Source: an uncultured Chromatiales bacterium (GTDB taxonomy: Bacteria; Pseudomonadota; Gammaproteobacteria; Poriferisulfidales; Poriferisulfidaceae). From it: 64,000 nt of DNA. Where the stretch lies: contig CAZGIH010000013.1 of assembly GCA_964526195.1 (NCBI GenBank), positions 74,707 through 138,706 of the forward strand, in the 5' to 3' direction. The position numbers were made by a program, and so were the translations under genes. Numbering within the stretch: the stretch's first letter is position 1; each line of letters starts with the position of its first letter. The notes under the pieces are model-generated. The model was not told where the DNA came from. It searched no databases and was given only the letters and a program-made list of their open reading frames with translations. This document shows, in pieces, positions 38,414-48,400 of this stretch.

Positions 38414-39615
38414 TATTTCGATTCCGAGCCAGATTTGTTTTCCGTTGATTTCTGACTGCGCAATACCAGTTGCAGTAATTCTTTTGACGGATTGAGTTCG
38501 ATTTCACCTTCCCAAGGTAGCCCGGCATTTTTTGCTTCGGCGATTGCTTCATTCAGGACCTGAATCGCATTTTCGGGTGTAAGTTCGTAACTTATCGGTT
38601 CTGTACCGGGGCGAACCAGTAACTCCCAGATGGGTTCTTGTTGCGGGAATAAATGACATCGGGAGCGGAGGTCGCCGTCACCGCGTGCCAAGGTGGCGGC
38701 GGCCAATCCCAGAGCCGCTAGGGTAGAGTGGGCGAGAAGATCAATTTTAGGCTCGGAGTCGGAGCTTGCGTTTAGCGGAAAGCGTAACCGACGCAATACA
38801 TTGAGAGAGAGTACGGTAGTTTGCACGCCCTTGGAAATGGTAAAGCCACCATCGACAATGCTAGGCGTTACGTTACCGTGGTTTGCCTCGGAAGGTTTGC
38901 CGTCTTTGCCATGTTTGTGGCCTCCGGCATCTAAGGTCCAGTTTGGTGAGTTTGAGGTTTCTTGCTTTCTATCATAGATTGGGCCTGCATCTAACACGAT
39001 CTCAGCCGGGTCAATTCGGCTACTTGTCTTGACTCCAACTTGTGCGTTGTAGCCGATTATCTCTGACACCAGTGCACGTTGAAATTTGGCACCCAAGCCA
39101 CCACGCGGACCAGTCGAATCCCAAAGACCAAAGACCAAGGCTGTTGGACAGAAGCGGAACAAACCGGTGGCATTGCGGACTTCAGCCGTGTCCAGCACGC
39201 GGCCTACGCTTGATTGTCGAAAGATTACACCATCAAAGAGGCTGTCGCGCAGCAACGCATCGGCGATCCGATGGGGGGCCTCCAGACTGCTCACGGTAAA
39301 TTTCTTTAGCAGCGCATCATCATCGAATTTAGTTACCAGCAAGGGTAGTTGGATATCTTTCCTCTGTTGCGCTTCAAGCAACGCGAGTTCCATGCGGTTG
39401 GCCTGAGACTGTACTGAATCCAGCAAGACGCACGGGGTGATTTCTCCGGTTTCGGGATTAACTCGATCCTCGGTTGCGTACTTCCCGCCTTCGTAAGTTG
39501 GTGGAAATACTTTATCTCCGGAGCCGCCGACTGGTTGATAACTAGTTACGCAACGAAAGGCGGCAGCTGTCCCGCCGACGGCATCTTTGAGTTCGGATAA
39601 AGTTAGTTCGGACAT
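38413..39615 (-). CDS. csb1: Type I-G Csb1 (Cas7) backbone subunit
   Basis: KVFPPTYEG, LLDSVQSQANRME, APHRIADA, PTALVFGLWDS, SSRIDP, KPSEANHGNV and DLRSRC. Confidence 0.93.
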   Translation of the reverse strand: MSELTLSELKDAVGGTAAAFRCVTSYQPVGGSGDKVFPPTYEGGKYATEDRVNPETGEITPCVLLDSVQSQANRMELALLEAQQRKDIQLPLLVTKFDDDALLKKFTVSSLEAPHRIADALLRDSLFDGVIFRQSSVGRVLDTAEVRNATGLFRFCPTALVFGLWDSTGPRGGLGAKFQRALVSEIIGYNAQVGVKTSSRIDPAEIVLDAGPIYDRKQETSNSPNWTLDAGGHKHGKDGKPSEANHGNVTPSIVDGGFTISKGVQTTVLSLNVLRRLRFPLNASSDSEPKIDLLAHSTLAALGLAAATLARGDGDLRSRCHLFPQQEPIWELLVRPGTEPISYELTPENAIQVLNEAIAEAKNAGLPWEGEIELNPSKELLQLVLRSQKSTENKSGSESK

Positions 39616-39723
39616 GATCGTTAATTCCTTTGTAGAATGGGGAGAGAGGCTACTGATTAAAGAGGCTCTGGGTTGTCTCAGAGAATTTGGTTGGAAGCCC
39701 AACTTTATTCAATTTAGACTCTT

Positions 39724-39775
39724 CAATATTGCCGTTTGGATTTCCGGGAGGGCATCCGAAAACCAAACAATATTG
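39724..39775 (-). other. Long imperfect stem-loop between the array trailer and csb1
   Basis: On the minus strand CAATATTG-TTTGG-TTTTCGG...CCGGAAA-TCCAAA-CGG-CAATATTG; the inner stem pairs fully (via G-U) only as minus-strand RNA. Confidence 0.5.
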
Positions 39776-39860
39776 TACGGGTTCAAAAGCAGCCGGCAGG
39801 TCGCGAGAGTAGCCACGTAGGAAATGGCCAGGCCTGTGCGTTTGGCTTCGGCAGCCTACC

Positions 39861-40259
39861 GCTTCAATGAGGCCGGGGCAAATTCGCCCCGGAAATTTTC
39901 GATGGCCTTGCGAAAACATGCTGCAAACTACGCGCTTCAATGAGGCCGGGGCAAATTCGCCCCGGAAATTCAGCGTGACCAGTCGCACCTTCGTTCCGTC
40001 CGTGATGCTTCAATGAGGCCGGGGCAAATTCGCCCCGGAAATGATTGAGGTAATCATGTATAAACCTAAACGGATTGGGCTTCAATGAGGCCGGGGCAAA
40101 TTCGCCCCGGAAATGCGGAGGAGGGGGTCGCCGCATAATGTATAGCAAACTGCTTCAATGAGGCCGGGGCAAATTCGCCCCGGAAATGGGTGAGGACGGC
40201 CTGTACCGAATCGTCACCAAGTTGCTTCAATGAGGCCGGGGCAAATTCGCCCCGGAAAT
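39861..40259 (-). CRISPR. CRISPR array: 6 identical 36-nt repeats and 5 spacers of 36-37 nt
   Basis: Repeat ATTTCCGGGGCGAATTTGCCCCGGCCTCATTGAAGC (minus strand) at 39861, 39934, 40007, 40079, 40152 and 40224, with a CCGGGGC/GCCCCGG hairpin and an ATTGAAGC 3' end. Confidence 0.99.
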
Positions 40260-40524
40260 AGTGCCTTCCTAACTTGTTGTTTAGTAAAATAAAACTGACC
40301 CACATTCGAACGCTTATGATTTCTACTGTTAAAAACCGGGCAAGCGGATCTTTCGGTAGGGGATATTATGCTAAATAATCCAATAAAATCAAGGCGATGA
40401 GAAAATTCAATCGCTCCCTGATGTTTTCGCGGCACTGAACCGCTCGCACTAGATCGGCGAAATAGTAGTCGAGGCGCGTAGGCTTCCATGGGATAGTTGT
40501 GAGTTGATGTATAGAGAGTTCCAC
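40260..40524 (-). promoter_or_regulatory. CRISPR leader
   Basis: AT-rich non-coding stretch between the cas2 stop and the first repeat, on the 5' side of the inferred array orientation. Confidence 0.7.
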
Positions 40525-40818
40525 TTATACCACAATCGCCTGCCTTTCGATTTTTGAGAATGTTTTGCCAATGCTTTCTACGGCGAGGTCGATTTTGTCC
40601 GTCGGCCCGATGTCAATCATCAAGACATGATCTTCGCCCATCTTGATGATTTCCCTAAGTTTCGTCTCCAGTTCAGCCCGTCTGCGTCGGGAAAGGCGGC
40701 ACTGAAACACCGACAACTGGAGCCACTCTCCGAAGCCATTCATGGTCTTGAAGACACGCCTCCACCGGCGATTGTTGGCGATGTCGTAGGTCACAATGTA
40801 AGTTCGTTCATCATTCAT
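40525..40818 (-). CDS. cas2: CRISPR-associated endonuclease Cas2
   Basis: YIVTYDI...RWRRVFKTM.GFGEWLQLSVFQC. Confidence 0.96.
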   Translation of the reverse strand: MNDERTYIVTYDIANNRRWRRVFKTMNGFGEWLQLSVFQCRLSRRRRAELETKLREIIKMGEDHVLMIDIGPTDKIDLAVESIGKTFSKIERQAIVV

Positions 40819-40827
40819 GGCGGATGC

Positions 40828-42564
40828 CTACCTCGGGAGATAGTGAGGATAAGTGGGGAGTTCACCAAGAAGATGGCGACTCAGCAGTCTCGCCTGCACC
40901 AAGATCAATCTCCGCATACTGAGCCTATAGCCGAAAAGTGGGTGCGTAGTTTCTTGAGTCAGGCGGCGTTCGAACGCACCGACGAATTTTTTCCGTCCAG
41001 CAGAAGTTAGCGCGGTTCCAGTTGTCCCGGCTACGAAATCGCCTGCTGACACTTCTCCCGTGTTGACGGCGGACAGCACGGTCGAGTCGGCAATTATCGG
41101 CCTGAAAGGCTCCATGATGTCCAGAGCCAGCGCGGGTCTGCCGTACCGGGGTGCATGGAAGAATCCGCGATAGGGGTCGAGCCCGACGGAGGAAAGCGCA
41201 ATAGTCATATGGCGGGTCAGCATGGCGTAGGCCAGTGAAAGCATCGCATTGACGGGGTCTTTCGGGGGTCGGCGGTTTCTTGCATCGAACTGGAATGTAT
41301 CAATGCCGTCATGGGCGTTGGAGGCATTTTGGGATTTTGGTGGTGCAAGCAGGTCCGCAAATGCCCGGAAATAAACTGCGGCACTAGCGCCCTCGACGCC
41401 GAGCAGTTCGTCTGAGTCTTGGGCGCGGCCCGCCAGTTTCTGGTTTGAGGAAAGGCTGTTCAATACGGCTTTCCTCGAATCTTTATCCCCCCGCCAGTTG
41501 CGGCGCAGGATGGTTCTTTGGTTGCGTATCTTGGCAGCAACGAGATTTCGGGAGAACTGCGTGCAGAAGTGTTTGTCGAAACTCTGCCGATATTGCTCCG
41601 TGCGAATTTCGACATTGCGGTGACCGAGACCGTGCGCCATTCCCCGGAACCATCCTCCGTGACTATGAAAAGTGACTGGGATCTCGCGTTCAAGCAGGCA
41701 GGTGAGTGCGGGGGTGCTGATTGAGACATTGCCGAACAATGCAACATCGGAAATGTTATTGATGCGGGCAATCGTATCGTCCTTGTCGTCTTCGGTGATT
41801 TGAAGGGTGCCGCCCTTTTTCTTTACGTACGCTCTCTGCGATTGGACGACCAGTGGCAGCGCTTCGTCCTGCGCGACTGCAATAGGTCGCGGAGCCAGAT
41901 TTGATCCAGCGAGTGAATTCATTTCATCTGGAAGGCAGACAGATACCAAGGCGCAACGGGGGCATTTTGGGCTGTCTCGCAAAGGTGGTGGTATGCGGGC
42001 GTAGGAAACGGACAGGCGCAAGCGGTTCGCCGCATTTTTGGCCACATCTCGCAATTCATCGTCAAGTACGATTCGGACGCGCTCGCGGCTCTCCGCAAAC
42101 CAGATGGCCCCCTCGTCTACTTGGTAGCCGTGTTCTTCCAGTAGCATGGCCTGCAAGCAGACTTGAACTCGCTCGGGTTCGTAGGCTCCCTGTGCCACGT
42201 GCGGCCGCTTTCCTCGCTTGTAGTCAATCGGCGTGACTACGCCATTTTCAGCTTCGGCGATGTCGATCTTCGCAATAACACCCAGAGAATCGGAGGATAA
42301 AGTGAGTGAGCGGCTGATTACCTTACTGTATTCTTCTTTCAACGTTTCGGGTTCGGGGAGCGGTTTGCTGGTTTTGTCAACTTGGGTGTGGATGCGATGT
42401 CCATCCACTGTATCGCCTGTCTCGACCCATTCAGCCTGGCTCCACATGAGATAGGCAAGGCGCGGACAGTAAACGAATTCGTTTACCATTCTTGCAGGCA
42501 CCAGTGGTGTGTCAGCCGTTGCTGATGGAGTAGGAAGACGAAGTTCCAGTTGAGAGGAAGTCAC
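40828..42564 (-). CDS. cas1: Cas4/Cas1 fusion
   Basis: Cas4: YCPR, IDYKRGK, QVCLQ and CPRCALVSVC. Cas1: GVEG, RNRRPPKDPVNAMLS, GLDPYRGFFH and ALDIMEPFRP. Confidence 0.96.
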   Translation of the reverse strand: MTSSQLELRLPTPSATADTPLVPARMVNEFVYCPRLAYLMWSQAEWVETGDTVDGHRIHTQVDKTSKPLPEPETLKEEYSKVISRSLTLSSDSLGVIAKIDIAEAENGVVTPIDYKRGKRPHVAQGAYEPERVQVCLQAMLLEEHGYQVDEGAIWFAESRERVRIVLDDELRDVAKNAANRLRLSVSYARIPPPLRDSPKCPRCALVSVCLPDEMNSLAGSNLAPRPIAVAQDEALPLVVQSQRAYVKKKGGTLQITEDDKDDTIARINNISDVALFGNVSISTPALTCLLEREIPVTFHSHGGWFRGMAHGLGHRNVEIRTEQYRQSFDKHFCTQFSRNLVAAKIRNQRTILRRNWRGDKDSRKAVLNSLSSNQKLAGRAQDSDELLGVEGASAAVYFRAFADLLAPPKSQNASNAHDGIDTFQFDARNRRPPKDPVNAMLSLAYAMLTRHMTIALSSVGLDPYRGFFHAPRYGRPALALDIMEPFRPIIADSTVLSAVNTGEVSAGDFVAGTTGTALTSAGRKKFVGAFERRLTQETTHPLFGYRLSMRRLILVQARLLSRHLLGELPTYPHYLPR

Positions 42565-42600
42565 GAATGACAGCCAGTTGAAATTTTAATTGGGACAAAA

Positions 42601-43854
42601 TCAGTCCAGATCGTCTGGATCCATGGCCTTTTTATCCTGTTTCAATTTTTTCCGCCTCCAGAGTTCCAGCAGGGGCGCCTGGACCAGAACGGAGAACAGC
42701 ACCACCCCGAAGCCGATGGACTCAATGGTCCACCAGTAGTCCAGTGTGATCGGCACGCTCAGCGCCAGCCCCACGGTGACGGCGCCGCGGGCGCTGCTGA
42801 CATAGAGAATATTGTGATCCGGGAGATCCTTCAATGCCCGGTTCGTCTGGATCAGGGCGGGCATCACGAGAGCGAGTCCGGCAACGCGGGCCAGGAAGAC
42901 GGCGCCGATGCCGATCAGGATGGCCAGCCAGCGTTCGGAGAACATGTCGATCGAAATACTCAACCCGAGCATCAGGTACAGCATGGATTCGGCGAAATTG
43001 GCCATGAGACGCCAGAATTCGTCCACGAAGTGGTCTTGGGGCGCGTCCAGGTCCTGATGCATGGTGCGGCCCATGATCAGTGCCGTCGCCAGTACGGACA
43101 GGACACCGGAGACGTTGAGCACATAGTCCGCGACCAGGTAGGCCATGTAGGCAGTCACTAGGGTGAACAGGGCCACCTCGTGCTCGGAGGGGTTGCGTAC
43201 CCGGAGGAAGATCAGGGCGACGAAGCCGATTGCAAGCCCGATGACGGTGCCGCCGACCACCTCCCAAGCAAAATACAGGGCAATTTCCTGGGGTCCCAGG
43301 GCCAGGTCGGGTTCCAGGGCGAATGCCAGCAGCAGAGTGAACAGCACGATGCCGAAGGCGTTGTTCAGCAGGTCCTCGCCCCGGATCAGTGTGCGCAGGT
43401 CCGGGGGCAGATTCAGATGCCTGAAGACCTGCTGGAGCGGCTGGCTGTTGGTGGTGATCAGCATGGTGCCGGTTAACAGAGCCGCAATCCACGGAAATCC
43501 GCTCGGGTGGCCGATGCCGTAATAGACCAGGACGGAAGTGAGCGCCAGGCCGATCAGCGACAGTGGCAGTGCCAGGAGAATGACGCCAAGCAGGTTGCGC
43601 CCGAATCTCGGAACATCCATGCTGTAGGCGGCGGAGAAGATCAGGACCGGCAGGAACACGTAGAAAACCAGATCGCGCAGGATGCCGCTGTGCAGGCCCA
43701 CCTGGTCGGCGTCGGCGACCAGGCTGCCGAACGCGAAGCCCAGCAGCAGCAGCAGCGCCTCGAACGGGAATCTCAGGCGGTTGGCCAGGGGCTTCAGCAT
43801 CAGGCCCAGCAGCAGCAGGCCCGCGAGGCTCGAAATCGAAAGAAGCAGGTCCAT
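42601..43854 (-). CDS. CPA1-family Na+/H+ antiporter (NhaP-like)
   Basis: Multiple TM helices; FLPVLIF.AA, GEDLLNNA, SGVLSV and RGAVTVGLALS. Confidence 0.8.
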   Translation of the reverse strand: MDLLLSISSLAGLLLLGLMLKPLANRLRFPFEALLLLLGFAFGSLVADADQVGLHSGILRDLVFYVFLPVLIFSAAYSMDVPRFGRNLLGVILLALPLSLIGLALTSVLVYYGIGHPSGFPWIAALLTGTMLITTNSQPLQQVFRHLNLPPDLRTLIRGEDLLNNAFGIVLFTLLLAFALEPDLALGPQEIALYFAWEVVGGTVIGLAIGFVALIFLRVRNPSEHEVALFTLVTAYMAYLVADYVLNVSGVLSVLATALIMGRTMHQDLDAPQDHFVDEFWRLMANFAESMLYLMLGLSISIDMFSERWLAILIGIGAVFLARVAGLALVMPALIQTNRALKDLPDHNILYVSSARGAVTVGLALSVPITLDYWWTIESIGFGVVLFSVLVQAPLLELWRRKKLKQDKKAMDPDDLD

Positions 43855-43860
43855 GCGGAT

Positions 43861-45372
43861 TCAGATGGGCCGGGCCGGTATGGGATAAAGCTGGTGCAGC
43901 GAGACGCTCAGGCCGTCGGGTTGCACGATGCGCGCGTGGGTCCGGTTCAGCGCGCGGGGGTGGGCCACGCCGCAGGAGTGGGCGATTGTGGCGACTTCCG
44001 CTTCCATGTTCCGGGCCAGATGGGCGACCCGAACCGCCTTGTCTTTCGGGTTCAGCCCCTGCTGCAGGCGGGGATTGTGCGTGGTCACGCCGGTGGGGCA
44101 GGTGTTGCGGTTGCACTGCATGGCCTGGATGCAGCCGAGCGCGAACATGAACGCGCGCGCCGAGCAGATAAAGTCCGCCCCCAGGCACAGTGCCCAGGCC
44201 ACGTCGGATGGATTGACCTGCTTGCCGGATGCGATGACGCGCACGCGTTCGCGCAGGCCGCTCTGCTCCAGGCGATCGACCGTCATCGGCAGACTTTCGC
44301 GCAACGGCAGTCCGACTACGTCCATCAAAGGCATGGGGGCGGCGCCGCTGCCGCCGTCGCAGCCATCTATGGTGACGAAGTCCGGGGCGAACTCGGAACC
44401 CCGGCGCAGGATTTCTTCGATCCAGTCATCCAGTATCTGCTCGGAGCCGATCACAGTCTTGAAACCGACCGGCTTGCCGGTCAGGTCGCGAATCCGGGCG
44501 ATTGCGTCCAGCAGTTCGGAGGTATTGCTAATCCCGGGATGCCGGCGCGGGCTGAACGACGTCTTGCCGACCGGGATGCCACGGATCTGGGCGATCTCCG
44601 CAGTCACCTTGACGCCCGGCAGGATGCCGCCCATGCCGGGTTTCGCACCTTGGGAGAGTTTGATCTCGAACATGCGCACATGAGGGTTTTCGGCAAGTTC
44701 CCGCAGGCGTTCTTCCAACAGGTTGCCATGCTCGTCGCGCACGCCGTAGTTGGCGGTGCCGATCTGGAACATCAGATCGCAGCCGCCCTCCAGATGATAG
44801 GGCGACAGCCCGCCCTCGCCGGTATTGAGCCAGCAGCCCGCCTTGGCCGCACCCCGCGACAACGCCTGCACGGCGACGTTCGAGATGGCACCGTAGCTCA
44901 TGCCCGAGATGTGGAAGAAGTGCTCCGTGGTGTAAGGTTCCGCAGTCTCCGGGCCGATAGTCAGCGGTGGGGGAGCGGCGTCTTTCTGGTCAAGTTCTGG
45001 GTAGGTGGCGTTGACGAACAGGATGGTGCCGGGGCGCGTCAGGTCTCGGGTGGAGCCGAAAGGCAGGGTGTTACTGAGGTTCTTGCTGGCACGGTAGATC
45101 CAGGAGCGCTGCGCCCGGTTGAACGGCATTTCCTCGCGGTCCATGGCGAAGAAATACTGGCGGAAGAATTCGCCGAGGTGTTCAAACCAGTATCGGAAGC
45201 GCCCGATGACGGGATAATTGCGGCGCACCGCATGCCGGGTCTGCGTGACGTCGACGATGTAGAGAACCATCGCGGCCAGGATGACGAGACCGACGCTGAC
45301 CAGCAGCATCGTGGCCAGCACGTCCATCACGATCAGCAATGGATCGAAGGAAACGGGTGTCATTTCTCGCAT
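43861..45372 (-). CDS. FMN-binding glutamate synthase family protein
   Basis: ISGMSYGAIS, NTGEGG, EIKLSQGAKPG, DFVTIDG and CIQAMQCNRNTCPTGV. Confidence 0.92.
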   Translation of the reverse strand: MREMTPVSFDPLLIVMDVLATMLLVSVGLVILAAMVLYIVDVTQTRHAVRRNYPVIGRFRYWFEHLGEFFRQYFFAMDREEMPFNRAQRSWIYRASKNLSNTLPFGSTRDLTRPGTILFVNATYPELDQKDAAPPPLTIGPETAEPYTTEHFFHISGMSYGAISNVAVQALSRGAAKAGCWLNTGEGGLSPYHLEGGCDLMFQIGTANYGVRDEHGNLLEERLRELAENPHVRMFEIKLSQGAKPGMGGILPGVKVTAEIAQIRGIPVGKTSFSPRRHPGISNTSELLDAIARIRDLTGKPVGFKTVIGSEQILDDWIEEILRRGSEFAPDFVTIDGCDGGSGAAPMPLMDVVGLPLRESLPMTVDRLEQSGLRERVRVIASGKQVNPSDVAWALCLGADFICSARAFMFALGCIQAMQCNRNTCPTGVTTHNPRLQQGLNPKDKAVRVAHLARNMEAEVATIAHSCGVAHPRALNRTHARIVQPDGLSVSLHQLYPIPARPI

Positions 45373-45432
45373 CTGCGTCCCCCGGACGGAGCCCCGGGCG
45401 GGATCGATCCCACGTCTGGACTGTCTGCGGAA

Positions 45433-48400
45433 TTAGTGTAGCACCGAGACGGCGAGTTCCTGCGCGCGCCGCAGGTCTGGCTTGCCGCTGCCAAGTAGCG
45501 GCAGAGCCTCGACCGGCAAAATCAGCCGGGGTCGCGCCAGTTCCCCCACTCCCTGTTCCCCCAGGGCCTGTCTCAGCCAGCTACGGTCCGGTTCGGGGTG
45601 TTCGGTAATGAGGACCAACTGCTCGCCTCGAGTGGGGTGGTCGACCGCGCAGACGATGTGACGGTATTCCGGCCAAACCTCGCTGACCTGCTGTTCTACG
45701 TAGGCGAGCGACACCATCTCGCCGCCGATCTTGGCGAACCGCTTGGCCCGGCCATGCAGGCTCAGGAATCCGTTATCATCGAATTCGGCGACGTCGCCGG
45801 TATCGTGCCAACCGTCCTCTGGAGGGGTCAATAGTCGGTTTTCTCCCGGCATCCAGTAGCCGGACATCACGTTCGGACCGCGCAGAAACAATCGCCCGCG
45901 GGTGGCGCCGATGGTGTCTTGAGAGTCGTCCAGTGGTTCCAGGCGCACTTCGATATCCGGCATCAGGCGGCCGACCGAACCCGGCTGGTTGCACGCAAAC
46001 GTGTTGGCGCTGACTGCGGGCGAGGTTTCGGTCACGCCGTAGCCTTCGTGGACGGTCAGACCGAAACGTTCCTGCCAGAATTTCCGGGTGCTCGGCTTGA
46101 GTGGTTCGGCGCCGGCCACGATCAGGCGCAGGCTTTGCAGGTCTTCCGGGCTTGCTGCTTGCCCGTAGCCGTTCAGGAACGTGTCGGTGGAGAAGAATAC
46201 GGTGATGCTGTGTTTGTGGATCAATTCGGGGATCTGTTTGTAGTGGAGGGGGCTGGGATACAGGGTGCAGCGCAACCCGGCCATCAACGGCAGTAGCAGG
46301 CCAACGCCTAGGGCGAACGAGTGGAAGGTGGGGAGGCACAACAGCAGGTGGTCCTGGGGAGTCAGGCTCAGCACCGCGCGGACCTGGCAGCGGTTGCGCT
46401 GCAGGTTCCGGTGGCTCAGCACGACGCCTTTGGGCTCGCCTTCCGATCCGGAGGTGAACAGCACCACAGCGGGGTCCGAGGGGTCACCTTTTGGGGGTGG
46501 CCGCGTGGCGCGCCAGGCGGCTTTGAGTTTCATGCCGAGGTTCAACTGCGGCCTCAGATCCTCCAGCCACAGCAGGGTGTAGTCTCCGGCCAAGGCATCG
46601 GTCAAGCCTCCAAGGTCGGCTTTCTCGACGAACCGACGGGAAGTCACGACGTGGGTCAGTCCGGCTGTGCGGCAGGCGCTGGAGACATTGGCTGGCCCGG
46701 CGGTGTAGTTGAGCATGACCGGAACGCGGTGAAGCGTGTGCAAGGCGAAAAAAGTAATCGGCGTGGCGGTCGCGTTTGGCAGCAGGATGCCGACCGTATC
46801 TTGTGCTTTCGGCAAGGCCCGCTTGAGCAACTGGGCGACAGCATGGATCGCCTGGAGCAGTTGGCGGTAGGTCAGGGTCCGTTCCAGATCGGCCAGGATC
46901 AGGTAACCAGCCCCGAATCTTCGAGCGGCACCGTACAGGGACTGCAATGTCGTGCATTCCCGGCAGTGCATCCGGTATTCCAGTTCACACAGCAGGTCGT
47001 AGATCTTGAGGGCATCGCGCCGGAGAGCCTCCGGCTCGTCGGCCGCGCGAGGCGGCAGCGGGCAGTTTTCGAACCCGACCCGAATGCGCGGATAAAAGCG
47101 GGGCATGTAGAGTTCGGGGTCACTGACGGACGCGACTTCGACGGGATGGCCGGATCGCTCCCGGGCGGCCTGCATCAACTCCAGCAGCGAAGCCTCGCCC
47201 TCAGGGCCGGATGGTGGCAGGATCAGCACGGTGCGGGTGGGTTCATCCTGGTTGCCTGGCCACTGGTCGTCCAGGGCAGAGGGATCCAGCGGTTTCAGGC
47301 GAACCCAGCAGGCAAGCAACCGAAGGCTCATGCGGCGCAGCAGCGCGGGAGCAACGTGGATTTCGAGTTTGCCGGGGATAGTGGCAGCCAGTGCCCAGGC
47401 GACCCAGGCGCTTCCACGCCGGGCGAATACCAGAGAACCAGGCGGTGGTGTTTCCGTGGTCAGTACGACTGACGCGATTGGCCACAAAAGGACATGGCGG
47501 AAACTGCCCTGCGTGAAATGCAGCAGCAGCAGTGCTGCCGCGAGCGCGGTGGCGGCCATGGCCAGCCACACGGTGACGATCGTGCCGCCGGACTGGAAAA
47601 TGACGATAGATGTCGTCGAGGCCAGCGCCATGAAGATGGAATTGAGGATGTTGTTGCAGGCGATGACCCGTGCACGCCGGTCCTCCGGTGCCCGCTGCTG
47701 CACCAGGGTGTACAGGGGCGTGACATAGAAGCCGCCCGCCACGGCAAGCCCCAGCAGGATGCCAAGGGCGGTCACGGCCTGCGGGTCCTCCAGCAGGGCG
47801 GCGAATCCGCGAAGCGGAACATCGGCCGGGGGAACGAGGCTGAGCAACACGAAACCGGCGCCTAAGGCTGCTGCGGATATGGGCGCCAGGGTCGCCCGCG
47901 CCGTGCCGCCGAGCCAGCGGTTGCATAGCAGGGCGCCGAGTCCGACGCCGACGGTGAAAATCGCAAGCGCGCCCGCCAGCGCCTGCTCGTTGCCGGCCAG
48001 CACGTCCCGGACAAACAGCGGCAACTGAATGAGCATGCCAACCCCGATCATCCAGAACCAGCTGATGGCGAGCATCAACCAGGCCAGGCGAGGCTGGCTC
48101 AGGCCTTCTCGCACGATCCGCGCGGTTTCGCTGAACGGCTCGAATGAGAGCCGCAGACCGGCACCGGTGGGAACTTGCGCCGGAATTCGATAACTTGCCA
48201 AGTAACCGGCACCGGCGCTGATTACCAGAATGCCGGGTACCCACAGGGCGGCGTCGGGAACACCCATTACGAGGGTCCCGGTCAAGCTTCCGGCGAGGAT
48301 GGAGATGAACGTACCGACCGCGACCCAGGCATTGCCGGCCAGCAGTTCGGCCCGGGACAGCAAGTTCGGCAGGATGGCGTATTTCACCGGACCGAACAAG

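Noticed and set aside
39970-40006. One spacer shares ATCACGGACGG with cutA (about 976-986)
   Set aside because: Only 11 nt match, which is expected by chance and is not evidence of self-targeting.
39650-40489. Minus-strand ORFs with repeated FRGEFAPASLK / FPGRICPGLIEA peptides
   Set aside because: These are translations of the CRISPR repeats and leader, not genes.
43507-45441. Long antisense ORFs (644 aa here; also 14067-15338, 49255-50721, 58510-59847)
   Set aside because: They are shadow ORFs opposite well-supported genes, expected at high GC, with no recognisable motifs.
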